Assembly: GCA_964057225.1 (NCBI GenBank)
Contig: OZ059899.1
Span: 14,570,001-14,634,000 of the forward strand
Direction: 5' to 3'
From: Auanema rhodensis
Lineage: Eukaryota; Animalia; Nematoda
Length of the DNA: 64,000 nucleotides
Below are positions 36,432 through 51,365 of the stretch, one piece after another. Both the position numbers and the translations under genes were made by a program. Below the pieces are notes generated by a model that was given only the letters and a program-made list of their open reading frames with translations, was not told the origin of the DNA and made no database searches. Every line of letters begins with the position of its first letter. Positions within the stretch are counted from its first letter, which is position 1.

Positions 36432-39400
36432 ATGTCTGAGACTGAACACGCTGAAACACCTTCAGTTGAAGAGGGTGAAAACCCAGTGACCGAATCTGCG
36501 GAAAATCGTAGTGAGGTTAGTACTACGCTTTAAATATTGTGAACTTTCTTGAATTATTCAGGAAGATATTTTAAAAGATGAAATCAAAAAATTTTCTGCC
36601 AACTCTCTTGACTCAAGCGTTAGGAATCAAGATATGATACTGTCTGCTGTTACTAAGGCCGTAGAAAGAGTTTCTGGTAAATCACTCGAACTACTTCGGA
36701 AGACAATAAATTTAAATTTTTACAGAACTTCCTGAAGTTTACATCAAAGGTCTTATTAAGTTAGTAACTTATGCAGCAGTGCGAAGATATAATCAACCTA
36801 AATCCTATCAACTTGTTGCACGATTGCTTAGTGCTTTAGCCAAACATGATTCTGTGGCTACTGTGAAGCATTTATGCGATTGTATTGTGTCTTCATTCCC
36901 TATTCTACCCAATTTGACGTAAGCCTCGGTGTGATTAATACTATATTGAGTATTGTTTTTCAGCCCCAGCCGTGCTAAATTGGCTATCCACCCACAAAAA
37001 TGGATTTTGAATAATCTTTCTGAGGATTGCGTCAAAAATACTTCCTTGGTTTATATAGTATTTTCATTCACTTTCTAAAGTTCAATCTTTCTAGTTATCA
37101 GCTCTTGCTTCACTGAGCTATTACTGTGCGGTTTGCCCTCAAACATTCAAATCATTTAAAGAAAGATTAACTGGTTTATTCCAAGTAATCCCTGAAGAAT
37201 CTTTGAAGTCCGGGCTCGAAGGTTTAGCTAAAGACTCAGCTCATCCAGAGAAAGTTTTATGTCTTATATCAGCTATAGGAGTAAGTTATCGAAACTTGCT
37301 TCTCAGAAATTATTTTTATTTCAGAAATCTTTTGCTGTTCCCTGTTTTGTTGATTTGTTTTCTAAATATTGTTTGGTTACTAGAGCTAAACCACTACAAT
37401 TCGTAGTTGTAAGTTCATTTATTTATATTTTCTAGAAGTATTCTAATTTTCAGGATTGTTGCTCATCTTTCATTCCTTTGTTATCTGTTAAAGATTTTGA
37501 AAGTGAATTGTTACCTAACATCAAGAAGAGTTTACTTCGTAGTCCAGAGTTGTCTATGCCAGGTAAAAAAACTTAGTTTTGATCTATCTAAAAGATTTAA
37601 TTTCCAGGAATTCTAAATATTTTAAAGTATGCCACCTTCCCATTGGATGCATATGCTGATGAAATCATCAAGTCTGCTTCATGTACTCTTAGTCTATTTC
37701 TTACTGTTTATTCTTCATCTCTTTTCAGCTTCTTTGACATCAGCGAACGAACAACTTCGTGATGAAGCCGTTGATGTTCTTATTCAGATTGCAGTCTCTT
37801 CATCACCTGCTATTACTCAAAAAGTCATTTCTAGATTTTTCGACGCTATTACAGGTATTGCCTAGATTTAGTGCGCTATGTTGATTCAATTTTGATATTT
37901 ATAGCCTCAAAATCTGCTGATCAACGTGTCTGTTTCCTAAATGGAATAGCTAAATGTTCCGCTAGTAAAACAGCAGCTTCTCCTGAACTTGACAAAGTTG
38001 CTAATGAAGTTATTTCCAAAACTGCTAAGGCTGATAAAGATAGTATGTCCTGTTTTAAAAAGCAAAACTTTTCTTCAACAGTGTTTTTCAGCACACGAGG
38101 GGACAGTATCTGCTCAATGGGAAGCTACAACCCTATGGGCTGCTCGTCTGACTCAAACCTCACCACAGCTTATTTCAGCTTTTAATGTGAGTTTGAAGAA
38201 TTTGGGTTTTATTTCTCATTTTATGAATTTTTACAGGAAGCTCCTAAATTGAATATTGCTGTTAGATCAATTGGATATAGAGCTATTGCTCAAATTCTCT
38301 CTTCACGTAAGTGTGGTATAGTTCTTTAAGATTTCTATCATTTCACTCAGGCAATTTGGAAACGCTTCCAACTGAATCTGAGAAGGTTCTTTGGGGTGAA
38401 TTAGCCAATGCTCAGAAGGAAGCTCTTGATGCTATTGGACTTTCAACCGTTCTTCTTAGAACTATTCCAATAACATCTGATAAGTACATGGCAGTGTGGG
38501 AAAAAATTTCTCAGAACGAACAGCTTTTCAAAGATAAATCTCTTGGTTCTATCAATTGGAAAGATGGAGTAATGTGGGGTGAATTATGCGAACGCATTAT
38601 TCTCGATCGTCCTGCTTCTCAGGTAAATGCTGTTTAATCAAAATTTTAAGTATATCGATTGTGCCTTATAGACAAATTATCCTTCTTCTACAATTACTGC
38701 TCTTAGTTTACTCTTACTCTGGCCTCATTGGGAAGTTAGAAAGAGAGCTAGTCAAGCTGTTGAAAAGATCATCAAGGTTGAAAAAACCAAATTCGCTATT
38801 CCATTCGCTAAAGCCTTGTTCAAGGATATTGTAAGTGGCACATTGGCTCAGGTTTGTAGTCTAAAATATCTTAATGATGATTGGCATAACTTTCAGAATC
38901 TTCGTAAAGTTCCTGATAACAGAAATAGAACGGTTTGGTTCCCACCTGGAGAGTGGTATGTTTCGGTAAGTTGTTCTCACTTAGTATATAAATCTACTTT
39001 TTTAATCTAGGCTCTCAGACTTATCTTGAGCTCTGAAGGAGAAGATCTTACTAGTTTAGCAGTTCACACTTTGTTATTCTCTTCCTACTCTGATCTTGGT
39101 AATGTGTTATTTTCTTATTTTATTAGAATTTCTGTTATAGCTGTTGTTGACGGATCTGTATGGCTCCGTTGGATTCATAGCATTGATAAGGAATTGTGGC
39201 TGACATCTGAGACTTTCCGCAATGAAGTTCGTGATATTGTTCTTTCATGCGAGAACAGATCAATCCGGTAATTAAACCTGTTAAATCTCTTATTAACTTC
39301 TTCTGATTTAGTGATAACGCTTTGACCACATTATTTGCTCTCAATATTCCAAAATTGAAAACAGATCTGTGGGATTATACCGAAGAAAAGCTTAATGCTA

Positions 39401-42400
39401 TTGATGTTAACAAGTGTGTCCGACTCACTGAGAAGAATGTAAACATCTGGAAATGTCGTGATGGACAACTCTACAACACCGATGTTCTTGACTTGTTCGT
39501 TTACTGATTTACGCAGAGCCATATAAATTTCCAATTTTAGTGATGAGGGAGAATTCGCTCATAATACCAGGAGAGAAAATAAGGCTTACAGCTATAAAGA
39601 ACAAGTTGCTGAGATGCAACTTCGTCGAGAGTTGGCTGAAAAGAAGAGAAAGGAAGGAAAGCTCACTACCAAGCAGAAACAGGTCATGGAAAAGGAATTA
39701 GCAAATGAAAAGGTGAGATCTAGTCAGAAAAGTTGTCTCATGTTGTATCTGTTCAGCTCATTCGGGATGAAATTCAAGAATTATACGCAGAGGCTGAACC
39801 AATCATTGATTTAACCAGAGCTCTAGTTAGTTGTGACCATGCTGAAGCATTCCATAGGTTTGTTAATAACTTAAACTTGAAACTTAAATTTTTGTTATTA
39901 GATCCTCTATCTTGTTCAACTTTTGTCTTCCTCTTTGTCGCAGTTATCTTCTCACTCAAGATGCTGCTAGACTTTTCTTTGCTTATCGAGATGCCGCATT
40001 CCCACCATCTGAGGATTTCGTTGGAGAGATTGCTGGAAACTGCTGGCTAAAAGCAAATGGAAGTCATACTTACAATGATGCTTACATCGGAGATTCTTTA
40101 ACCGATGCTCTTCGTAGATCATTTTCTCTTCTTAATGAAAGAGCTTTTGCCATTGACACTGGAGATGAAGAAGGACAGGTAGTTCAAATGAACCACATCG
40201 ATGTTAAAATTAATTTTTCAGGATGACTTTGATATCTATGATGAAATTATTGGAGCTCCTCAACTTACATTCCTTTATCCATTAATCAAAACTATTCTGA
40301 ATGGAAGCTACATCGATGAGTTGAGAGAAGCTGCTTTGACCCTTCTTCATAATGCTTTCCATCGACGTTTCCTTAAGGTGCATTATATTCAATATTTAAT
40401 ATTCAATATGGTTTATTAGGACAATGCTGTATTAGAGTTACCAATGCTGGAATATGCTGATCTCTTGTTGGATTACTATTCTAAGAACTTGACTCCTGTA
40501 TGCCTAAAGGTAAATTTTTCTTTTATTTCTTTTAAAGATTAAGTTTTAGGCTATCACTCAACTTGTTTCACTTGCCAATGATACCGGGGACTTTGGACCT
40601 AGGGTTGTTGCTTTAGTACAAGGAGCTTTGAACTATCTTTTGGACATTAATCCAGATGTTCGTGGAAACGTATTGCAGGTATGTCTTTCATATATTTTAA
40701 AATGTATTATAACTCCATCTAGATTCTCTCTGCTCACAAACTTCTCACTCGTCTGGTTATTGAATCCGAGAATGAAACTTTCGCTATTAACTGCTTGAAC
40801 CGTATTTACATCGCTAAATTCGATGATGTAAATGATGTTGCTGAAAAGGCTAGCAACCTTTGGTTCAATTCTATGTTCAACCTTCGCCCAACTATGATCT
40901 TACCCTTGATCGGTATACTATTCAAAACAATTCATCTCAATTTTTTAAATTTTAAGAGGAATGTGTATCCCCTGTCAAGCTTATTCGAGTGTCTGCTGCT
41001 AAAGCTTTATCTGAAGCTCTCACTGAATTACCTGAGCAGATCGAAGTCTCACTTCAGAAACTAGATGATACCTATCAAGATTTATACAAAATCCGGGAAG
41101 CAGTTTTCGACGAAGTTGGACGCATGCAGCGTGATTCTATCGACGAATGGGAGAAGAGGTTTGAATAAATGGGAATTTTGTAATCGAAACATTCTTTTTT
41201 AGAACTGGAGTTGGAGAATCGTTGGGATATTTGGCTCGCCTTGTCCCACAAGAGTTAGCTGAGAAGTTGGTTCGAATCGTAAGTTCTTTAAAGTTTAGCA
41301 GAACTCATTCTTCAAACTCAGGTTGCTCCTCTTGCGTTGACTGATCGCATTGCCAGCTGTAGATATGCTATGACTGATGCTGCTGTTGAAGCTATTCGTC
41401 GTCATGGATCTTATCTTTTACCCACTGTTCTACCTTTCTTAGGTAGAATATACTGTAATCATGATACTAGTATACTTGCATTATAGAGGAAATGTCTGAC
41501 AATACACCAGCCGGAGCAGAATACGATAACCTCAGAGAAGGAGTTGTTGTTTTGCTCGGAACATTAGCTCAATTTTTGGAACCATCTTCGGTTAAGGTTA
41601 AGGCCATTGTAGGAAAACTTTTGGAAGTTCTCAACACTCCAAGTCAAGCCGTTAGTCAATTTTGAATGAAAACGATTTAGCCTTTTTCTTCAAGGTCCAA
41701 GAATCTGTATCGAAATGCTTGTCTCACCTTGTGCCAGCTATTCGTGATGACTACAAGAAGATTATTTCTAAGCTTCAATATCTTGCCATGAATGCTGGTT
41801 CATACGGTGAACGTCGTGGTGCTGCTTATGGTATCGGAGGTCTCATCAAAGGAGCTAAGTTGTGTGTTTTGGACGTGAGTACTGTAGCTTTGAATATTTT
41901 ATCTTGGATTTTCTTAAGACTATTGATTTGATCCCAGCCACATTCAATGCTATTGCTGATAAGAAGAACTCTAAAGCCAGAGAAGGAGGACTTCTAATCC
42001 TTGAGATTTTCTGCAGGTTTGCTATTGCTGTTCTGCAAAATCTTTACTAGTATTTTAGCTCATGTGGAGTTCCTTCTGAGCCATACATGGTAAAAGCTCT
42101 TCCCAACCTTCTTCTCTGTTTTGGAGATAACGACGAGAATGTTAGAAGATCTGCCGAAGATGCTGCTAAAGCTATGATGAGCATCATGTCACAACATGGA
42201 ACCAAGATTATACTTCCTATGATTACCAAAGCTTTGGATGATGACTCATGGAGAACTAAATGTGCTGCTGTAAGTTTATAAATTCTCTATTCAGCTTACA
42301 ATACTCGAGTTATAGACTGAACTTCTCGGAAACATGGCTTTCTGTGCTCCCCGTCAGTTATCTGCCTGTCTTCCCAACATTGTTCCAAAACTCATCGAAG

Positions 42401-45400
42401 TAGTGGCTGATTCTTCATCTAAGGTTAGAATCAATTCCGTGGCTTTTGCAAGTTTCTTATTCATGCTATAGGTTCAAAAGAGTGGTGAAAAAGCTCTTAG
42501 AAACATCGCTCGTGTCATTCGTAATCCCGAAATTTTGGGAGTTACTAATCATATCATGTTGGGTCTTCTTGATCCTGCCAACAAGACTAGTCATGCCCTC
42601 CAGGTTTTAATTTTCTAAATAATTCATGCTAATGTTCCTTATCAAGGCTGTTCTTAACACCAAATTTATTCACTACATTGATGCTGCTTCTCTCGCTCTT
42701 TTGATGCCAATTGCTCGTCGTGCTTTCGAAGATCGTAACAGTGAAACAAGAAGATATGCTGCTCAAATCATTGCTAACATCTACAATCTCACTGATCACA
42801 AGGTTTTACTTTGATTTAGGTTTCGTGATATCATCAATGTTTCAGGATATGGAGCCTTACCTTTCCGAATTAGTTCCAGGACTTCAGAAGTCTCTTCTCG
42901 ATCCTGTACCAGAAATTCGTTCCGTCGCTGCTAAAGCTTTGGGAGCTATTGTATCCAAATCCACTGGAGCCACCAATGAACGTCTGCGTACTACAATCAT
43001 TCCCTGGCTTAAGGATAAATTGGTGTGCCAACAATCTACCGTCGATCGTTCTGGAGCTGCTCAAGGTCTCTCCGAAGTCTTGGCAGGAGTTGGTCCTGAC
43101 CAACTTGACTATGTCATGCCTGAGATCATTGAAGCCACTGAGAGCACTGATGTTTCTGCCGAAACTAGAGATGGTTACATTCTCATGTACATCTATCTTC
43201 CTATGGTATTCAAGGAGAAATTCTTGCCTTATCTTCCAAAGGTTGTTCCACCTATTCTCAAGGCTTTGGCTGATGAGAACGAGTAAGCATCAGAAAACTA
43301 AATAACTCAAACTATTTTCTCTTTTCCAGATACGTTCGTGCGTCTGCTTTGAAGGCTGGTCAGCGTCTTATTGCTCAATACTGTTCTCAAGCTCGTAGAC
43401 TCTTGCTTCCACAGCTTCAAGCTGCTCTTGCTGATGACAACTGGCGTATCAGATATGCTGCCGTCCAGCTTATTGGAGATTTCCTCTTCAACATCACTGG
43501 TAAATTATTTGTTCTCAACTCTGATTAATTGTTTTTGCTTTCAGGTGTTACTGGAAAATCTTCTTCTTCTACTGCCAATGAAGACGATACCATGGGAATG
43601 GAACAAGCCGGAAAGACCATTATCCGCGCTCTTGGACAACAATGTCGTGATAAGGTTATTGCTGGACTTTATTTGGCCAGGTATGATTATATGATTTTTC
43701 CTATCTGAACCTGAGGTTTACAGAGCTGATGTTTCTCTTACTGTTCGTCAATCCGCTGGACACGTCTGGAAGATTGTTGTCTCCAATACTCCTCGTACAT
43801 TGAAGGAAGTCTTGAAGATTTTGTTCGAAATGGTTGTTTTTTCTTTTAATGTTCTTATTTGAAATCGTTTTTTTTAGGTTGTCGATTCTTTAGCTTCTAG
43901 TTCTGAAGATCGCCAGCAGATGGGAGCTCGTTGCTTGGGTGAATTAGTCAGAAAAATGGGAGACAAGGTCATCAATGAGATCTTACCAGTTTTGGAAATT
44001 AACCAGAAGTCAGAAGATTTTGAAAAGAGAGTTGGAGTCGCTCTTGCTCTTCATGAAATTATTGACAACATGGGCAAGGTTGGTATAATCTTATGATATT
44101 CATCAATATAATGTTTCTTGTCTAGGACGTTCTGAACCATTATCTTTCTAATTTGGTCCCATCTGTTCGTCACTGCATCTGTGATGAAAATGCTCTCGTT
44201 CGTGCCGCTGCTGCAAATACCTTCTCTGTTCTCTATTACGTATGTTTTGTATGTGGTTATCCCTCAATTTATACGGTATTTTCAGAGTGTTGGCCATGCT
44301 GCCCTTGATGAGATTATCACTCCTCTTCTTGAAAATCTTACACCTGAGCAGGATCATATCTTGGATGGTCTTTGCGAAGTGATGAAGCAAAACAGCCGGT
44401 ATGTATCCTTCTTTATTTTGTATTTTCATAATCTCTTTTAGACAAATGCTTCCATATCTTCTTCCACGTCTTACGAAGCCACCAATCAACGTTCATGCTC
44501 TCTGCAGTTTGGCCGCTGTTGCCGGAGATACACTCAGTCGTCAACTTCCAAGAGTATTGGATGCTCTTTTGTCTTCATGTGTTAATAATGATCAATATGA
44601 TCCTGTAAGCTTTTAATCATTTTATAACAGTTTTCATTTATCTTTGTTTCAGATGATTGAGTCATGTGAGAAGGTCGTAATCGCTGTCACAGATGAGGAA
44701 GGAGTTCCAGTTTTGTCTGAATATCTCTTGGAGAAAGCATCCAAAGGAAACGTTCCAGCTATTGTTCTTTTCCATACCTTTGTTGATAAGAGTGGTGTAT
44801 GTTAATCATTTCATGTATGATGTTCTTAATGTTTCTGTTCAGGTTGATCTTACCGAGATGGCTGAAAACTTGGTTATCGGGCTTCTTCAACTCTATTGCT
44901 CTCCAAATGCTCAGATTATTGATCACGCAATCCTCGCTGCTATCGGAATCGTTCAAGCTCTTGATTCTAAGGATATGATTGTGAGCTCAGACACCCAAAT
45001 TAGTACCTATAAAGTAATCACTTAATTCAGAATATGCTTCCAAGTGTCAAGAAGACCGTTAGGATGTTGATGACTCAAGCTAAGAATACTGTTATTCCTG
45101 GATTCAAGCATCCTAAGGCTTTGAACCCACTTGTTCCGCTTGTGAAGGAAGGAATACTCAACGGAGGTGCAGAAGTAAAAGCATTGACTGCTGAAACCTT
45201 CGGATACATTGTATCAGCCGCTGAGCCAGAAGCTCTTAAAGCTCATGTCATCACCGTTACTGGTCCATTAATCAGAGTTCTTGGAGACAGATATCCTCCA
45301 GATGTGAAACTTCCAATTTTGGACAGTTTGAGCAAGTTGCTCGATAAGGTAGCTGCTATGCTCAGGCCGTTCATTCCTCAGCTTCAATCTACTTTTGTCA

Positions 45401-46653
45401 AATCTCTTCAAGATACTACTTCTCGTCAAGTCAGATTAGCTGCCGGAGGTTTGATTTAGAATAATTCAGGCTTACCTAATTTTACTGTTCCAGCTGCTCT
45501 TGCTCGTTTGATTACCATTCATCCAAAGGCTGAGAATATTGTGCTTGATCTGATCAACCACGTTTCTAAGAGTCAGGATCCTAGTCTCACGTATGATTTT
45601 TCAAAAAATCTCTCATGTAATTTTGATTCTCAGAGAAACTTCCTTGGTCGCATTAAGAGCTCTTATTCAACATGCCGCCAAGAAACTGCCAGCAACCACT
45701 GTTGAAGCAGGTTATAAGGCTTGCTCTGTTATTTTCTCGGTAAATCCTGCCTTAACTCATATATCTAACTTCTTTGTTGTACAGAAGTGCATTGATAATC
45801 CTAATGACTTGGACTTCTCTTTGACATCTTGCTCGGGAGCTTTATATGGTGAATTAGCTGTTAGAACAGGAGATAGTAAAGTTGTTCAATCCATCATATC
45901 AGGTTGCTTATATAATAAGATAATCTCTTATTTTCATTTACTTCAGGAATTGAAACTTGCGACTACAGAACCCAGATCGCTTATTCGGTTGCCATCGAAC
46001 AAATGAGCATTGTTTGTTTCTTTACAGTTTTGAATAAATTACAAGTATTTTTCAGAGTGATCCTAATACAGTTTGGGAAGAAAACGCTAATCTTCGGAAA
46101 TCCCTTCTTTCTTGCTTCACCGGAGAAGTTCTAGTTGCTGGTCCAGCTGTCAGAGCCGCTGCCGCTTTCCTGATCAGTCAAGGGGGACAACCTGATAAGG
46201 AATTACTCGCTGGTTTCACTAAAGCCGTTAATCATCCAAGCATCGAAATTCGTCGTCTTGCTTTCGTTGGTTTGGGTCATGTGTTCCTGCAGTCAGAAAC
46301 GAAATTCAGTGTCGATTATCTCAAGGTATTTCACATTCATCATTCTAATCCAATCTTCATATTGAAGACTATTGTTCCACAACTTGTCAACGGAGCTAAG
46401 GAAGGTAATTCTCCCGTTAGAATAGCTGCAGAACTCGCTCTGCTTTATGCATTTGATCTTAAAAAGGATGACTCAATCTTTGATGTAAGTTAAATGAATA
46501 GTTCATCAAATTAATAATATGTTGCAGCAATACCGTAGTTCTATCGAAGGTGCAGCTCTCGGAGTTTTGGATGAAACATTGCCAGTTCTACGACGAGTTA
46601 TCAAGAGTGGTGACATATCACTTGACTCATTGCACAACATCTTAACAATCTAA
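36432..46653 (+). CDS. gcn-1: GCN1 HEAT-repeat ribosome-collision sensor / GCN2 activator
   Basis: Roughly 50 short introns. Motifs include [112 protein letters not shown] and [13 protein letters not shown]. Stop at 46651-46653. Confidence 0.97.
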
Positions 46654-46919
46654 ATGTGTTCTAGAAAAATTTTTCATAGTTTTTTTTCTTTTTATTGAAA
46701 ATTTTCTTTCTTTTCATCGAAAATATTTTGTTTTCATTTGTTGTTGACCGTTCATATGTATGGGCCTTGTTATTATTGTGTTATCATTATATCGGGATAA
46801 TTAATACATATTACGAACGCTATTGACATTGTCTCTTCATCTAGTTCATCTTGGCTTCATCCAGACATTATCTCGATCTCCTGAAAAATCTGAAAAATAA
46901 TTAGTTTCCTCTATTCTAG

Positions 46920-49256
46920 ATGATAGGTTTTAATAAGTTATGTAGGAGATATTTATCACAGGTTGCAACACTCAGGCCACGAGATGATTTCGTGCCAGTT
47001 ATAGGTCTTGAGGTCTTTAGTGTGTGTGGAAATATGAGCTGTCTCAATTCAAATTTGCAGGTTCATGTGCAACTCAAAACTAAAACTAAATTATTCTCAC
47101 GGGCAGCTGTGAGAGAAGATGGTGGCCCCAACTCTCGTGTTTCAGCATTTGACATGGCTGAACCTGGAACACTTCCGCTTCTGAATAAAGCAGCAGTCAT
47201 GGTGATTTCTTTGTTCGTTATCTACTAAACTCGTCTTTCCCCCATTTCATGAAAATCCATTTACTATAACATACAAACGCTTTAATCTAAGTACACAATC
47301 CTTAAGTTACCCACGACGGGTGTACTTTTTTAAGTTTTCATCGGAATTACTGCTAAGCTCCACTTGCACTTTGACGTGTAAATAGCGACGCCGTTAAATT
47401 TGAAACGTGCAACTTCATTTTTATTCACGCTTTGACGTAAATCGGTTGTATTGTCTAGGTTACTTGAGATTTCTTGTCGTTGATATAGTGACCATGAAAC
47501 TGCCGTGAAGATAGCAGGGTAATATACAGGGTAATATACAGGTACCACCTCTTTTATTCTCAAATGTACATCAATGCCTTCCTCTTCGATCTGTTATGAG
47601 GCATCATGTTTTCTCTTTCAGCATGCTATCAGAATGGGCTTACTTTTGAATTGTGATATACCTCCAACATGTAGTTTTGATAGAAAACATTATTTCTATG
47701 CTGATATGCCTGCAGGGTTTGTGTGTCCTCGATGATTTAGCGTCACAAATCTTTCTTAGTTATCAGATAACTCAAATGCAGTATCCAATAGCCAAGAAAG
47801 GGAAATTTGGATTTCATGTTTTTGATGAGAATTCTGATCCATATTGGAAGGAAGTTGAGATTATACAGTTACAACTCGAACAAGATAGTGGAAAAACAAT
47901 ACACGATGGAAATATTTCTTTGATTGATCTGAATCGAGCTGGATCACCACTTGTTGAAGTTGTAACTGCTCCAACATTCACCAGTGCCATTGAAGCTGTG
48001 TGTTTCACACAACAACTCCGGTTATTGTTGATGCATCACCAAATTTGTGAAGGAGAACTCCATAGTATGCGACAGTGTGAATGTGAATCACTGACTTTCA
48101 TAAAATATTTCAGGGGGGCATATAAGAGTTGATGCTAATGTTTCATTATATCATGATGGAGCCAATGGTGTTCGATGTGAGGTAAAGAAGCTGTAATCCG
48201 TTTTTCAACCAAAACATTATCTCTTTGGTTTTCAGGTCAAAAACATGAATAGTATCCGTCATTTACAGTCGGCTGTAGATTATGAAATCAATAGGCAATA
48301 CGAAATACTATCTAAAGGTGGTGAAGTTGAATATGAAACAAGAGCTTGTGATCCTAATGGGTATTTCCATCCATTATAATTTGAATCTTCAAATTATTTT
48401 AGGCGAACAGTGTCAATGAGAGACAAAGAAGGTGATGTTGATTATCGTTTTATGCCAGAACCTAATATTCCTACTGTACATGTAATTCTTGATTCATTAA
48501 GCCTTTGGTATACTTTAGTTTTCCAGATTTTACCTGAATATATCAAAAGTTGTAATAATAGCATGACGGGCAAGCCGCTTTATCAAGAGTTTATTGAACA
48601 AGGATTTGATCCTCGATCAGCTATTCACTTCTCGGTTCCTCGTTCTTATCATCGAACAACACGAAAACAAGGCTTTCTTTTCAGGAAAATCCGCTCCTTT
48701 CCAAGTTTACTAAAAGCTGCTCTCCATTTGACAAAGTTTCACCATCTTCCTTCCTGCATTGGCTTAAACAGCTGAAAATTGTGATGCAGAGATCAAAATC
48801 TGTCTATCCTCCGCAAAGGTATAACTCTTCACATCATTTTCAATGAGCAATTATCTCTTTTCAGCAAATTTTTCGCCATTCAGTTCATGACAATCATCGA
48901 GTTATTGGAATCGAATCGAATAACCCAGCTCACAGCTATTGAATTAATGAAATCATATGTGAATGAAGTTGAAGTGCGAGATACATCCTGTGTAGGTTAT
49001 CTAATATAGATCCTTCCATTCAGCATTCATGTTTCAGGTAATATCTGAAGAAAATCTTTGGAAAATTATAGATGAATCAGAATTAAATAGGATAGTTGAT
49101 GAGGTTATCAACAATAATGAAAAATTGGTTGATAAAGTAAAAAATAATCCGAAACGTCATACCTCAAAATTAAGAAATCTAGTAATAGAGAGTAGTAAAA
49201 AGAGAATAGATGTTGATGTAGCTGAAAAGATAATTATGAATAAACTGAAAATCTAA
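46920..49256 (+). CDS. GATB: Mitochondrial glutamyl-tRNA(Gln) amidotransferase subunit B (GATB/PET112)
   Basis: Presequence-like [13 protein letters not shown], then [59 protein letters not shown] and [17 protein letters not shown]. Confidence 0.95.
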
Positions 49257-49660
49257 TAAATCTAAAATAACTTGTCTCATTGATAATTTCATTGTTCTAT
49301 TCTTCATTTAAATGATTTATTTATTTTGAAATCCTTAAAGAAACCTTATTAAAACATAGATAAACTTCAAATATATCAAGTTATACTGATCCGATTAGCT
49401 AATTGGAAGGACAGAATAAGTTTAAGGATCTGCTGACTAAATAGAAAGAGAGGACTATGTTAGGCTCAATGATGTCAGATTTTCGTCAGATTTTGCGTTG
49501 AAAATAAGTTTGTGATATTCTCAAGCATTAATCTATTCATGTTATGCAAAATGTGTGATAGAAAAGTAAGCGTTTCATATTATTAGCGAAACTCTACATC
49601 TGTAATTGAAGCTTGAAGAATACAAGATACTCAAGAAATTTTTGAAATCATGCAAATTTA

Positions 49661-49760
49661 TACCGGATTTCCCTCTGTAATAACACCGAGTGCAGAGGTT
49701 GACGGTAGAGTACTTGTCTGTCCCCTCACCGTATACGTGATGGGTGTAATGAATATTTTT
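49661..49760 (+). ncRNA. Candidate structured small ncRNA (two hairpins, H/ACA-like)
   Basis: GC-richer island. Stems TACCG/CGGTA and CCTCTGTA/TGCAGAGG, then AGAGTA (ANANNA) at 49707-49712, a second hairpin CCC-TCAC/GTGA-TGGG, then ATA followed by TTTTT. It is short for a canonical H/ACA RNA. Confidence 0.3.
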
Positions 49761-51289
49761 ATATTGCCGATTTTCGTTTACATGGATGTTTCTTTAAATC
49801 AATAAATGTATATTAAAAAATCTTTTATATTATTAAATCTCATATAACTATTCAAAATAATAAAGTTTTGAAAAACACCTGTACACGTATTAATACTGTC
49901 AGTACTACTAGGAGGATTTGGTGGTGAGGGAGGAACGCAATAGCAGAAGCAGCAGCAGAGACAAGTGTAGTAGCATTGTCATCTTTCCTTCAGTTGACCC
50001 AACTAGCCATATCTGGTTGTTGGACTAAAACTAACTGACGGTGTGAAGTTACCTACCGATTTCTCACATTTGATTCATGCTATCAATAGATCAAACAATG
50101 AGTTTCTAGGTTTTGAGATCTGTTTTGCTTGTTTGTTTATCATCTTTTACTATTTTTTCCATTGTAGTATATCTAAACTGTCACATTTTGCCATATCGAT
50201 TGATCTAGCTTTTGTTTATAGACGTTTTTTTTTGAGATTCTATGAAAACTAGTCTCAAATCTATTATTTTTACATCGAATAATGATCGAGAATTATGGAA
50301 CAATTTTTTTAATTCGTCGTCTACTGCTCCTGAGAATAGAACGACGAATTTTCTACTATACCTATTCAATTTTGACGTCTTCAATTCATACATAACCTGT
50401 CTAACTTCAGCCTAATAAGGTAGAAACATGACGAAACGGAACATTCTCTCCCAACCTTTCTTCCAGAATTTTTTTCATCTTCTACTTTTATTATGAGGAG
50501 AATCATTCCCTTGTTTCAGTCTTGTTGTTTTTCTTATGTTTCTCTTGTATTCAGAAGAATATTCCATGAAGTTGTTAAGAACATTCATTAATTTCTTCTA
50601 ATTATTCTCTCAGAAATATTAATGCATTTTAAAACTTTTTTATATAATTTCATTGTATTTCCTTATATTTACGTCACAGTTGAAACATTTTTTTGCTCTA
50701 TTTCTAAATTGATGGTGTATTTAATCTCCGCCTTTTGCTGGGCGGGGTTCATCCTCGTTTTAAAAGGAAACATCCTAGAGAGCAGGTTTATGCCATACAC
50801 AACAGACAGACAGAGAAAGAAATAATTCTGCTTAGCAGACACGACGGAGAAAGAACATAGAGGAAGATGTTGAGAAGATGTGAAGGCTGCTCTTCCTCTC
50901 ATAGAAAGAGATATCCTGCCGTTCAGTTTGTTCGAGCAGAATGATGCTCTTGTCAATCTGAGCATGGAAGTAACTCATTTCTCTTTATCCTCCCCCCCCC
51001 TCTCTCTCTCTCTTCGCAATCTAATGTTAGTTAAGGTTTGTTATCTGTGAATAATTCTCATGCATATGCTTCAAGTCGAGCAATATCATTCAGATTTCAA
51101 CTAAATTTCATTTGGTCAAGACTACCTTCACATTTTTTGTTGTTTTTTTCGTCAAATCGCTCATCTTTAATTCCCGGTTACTTAGTATCCTACTATACTT
51201 TTTAAAGTGCAGTTCCTTTCTACATCTTGTTGAATCTATAATTAGTCTAAGCTTTTCGTACGCTTCTCTTTCTCCCTCCCTCTCTCCCT

Positions 51290-51292
51290 TTT

Positions 51293-51365
<73 letters not shown>
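51290..51365. repeat. (CT)n microsatellite
   Basis: Long CT run. Confidence 0.95.

Noticed and set aside
49891-49912. TAATACTGTCAG, the first 12 nt of miR-236/miR-8
   Set aside because: The 3' half diverges and the upstream sequence cannot form the 5' arm.
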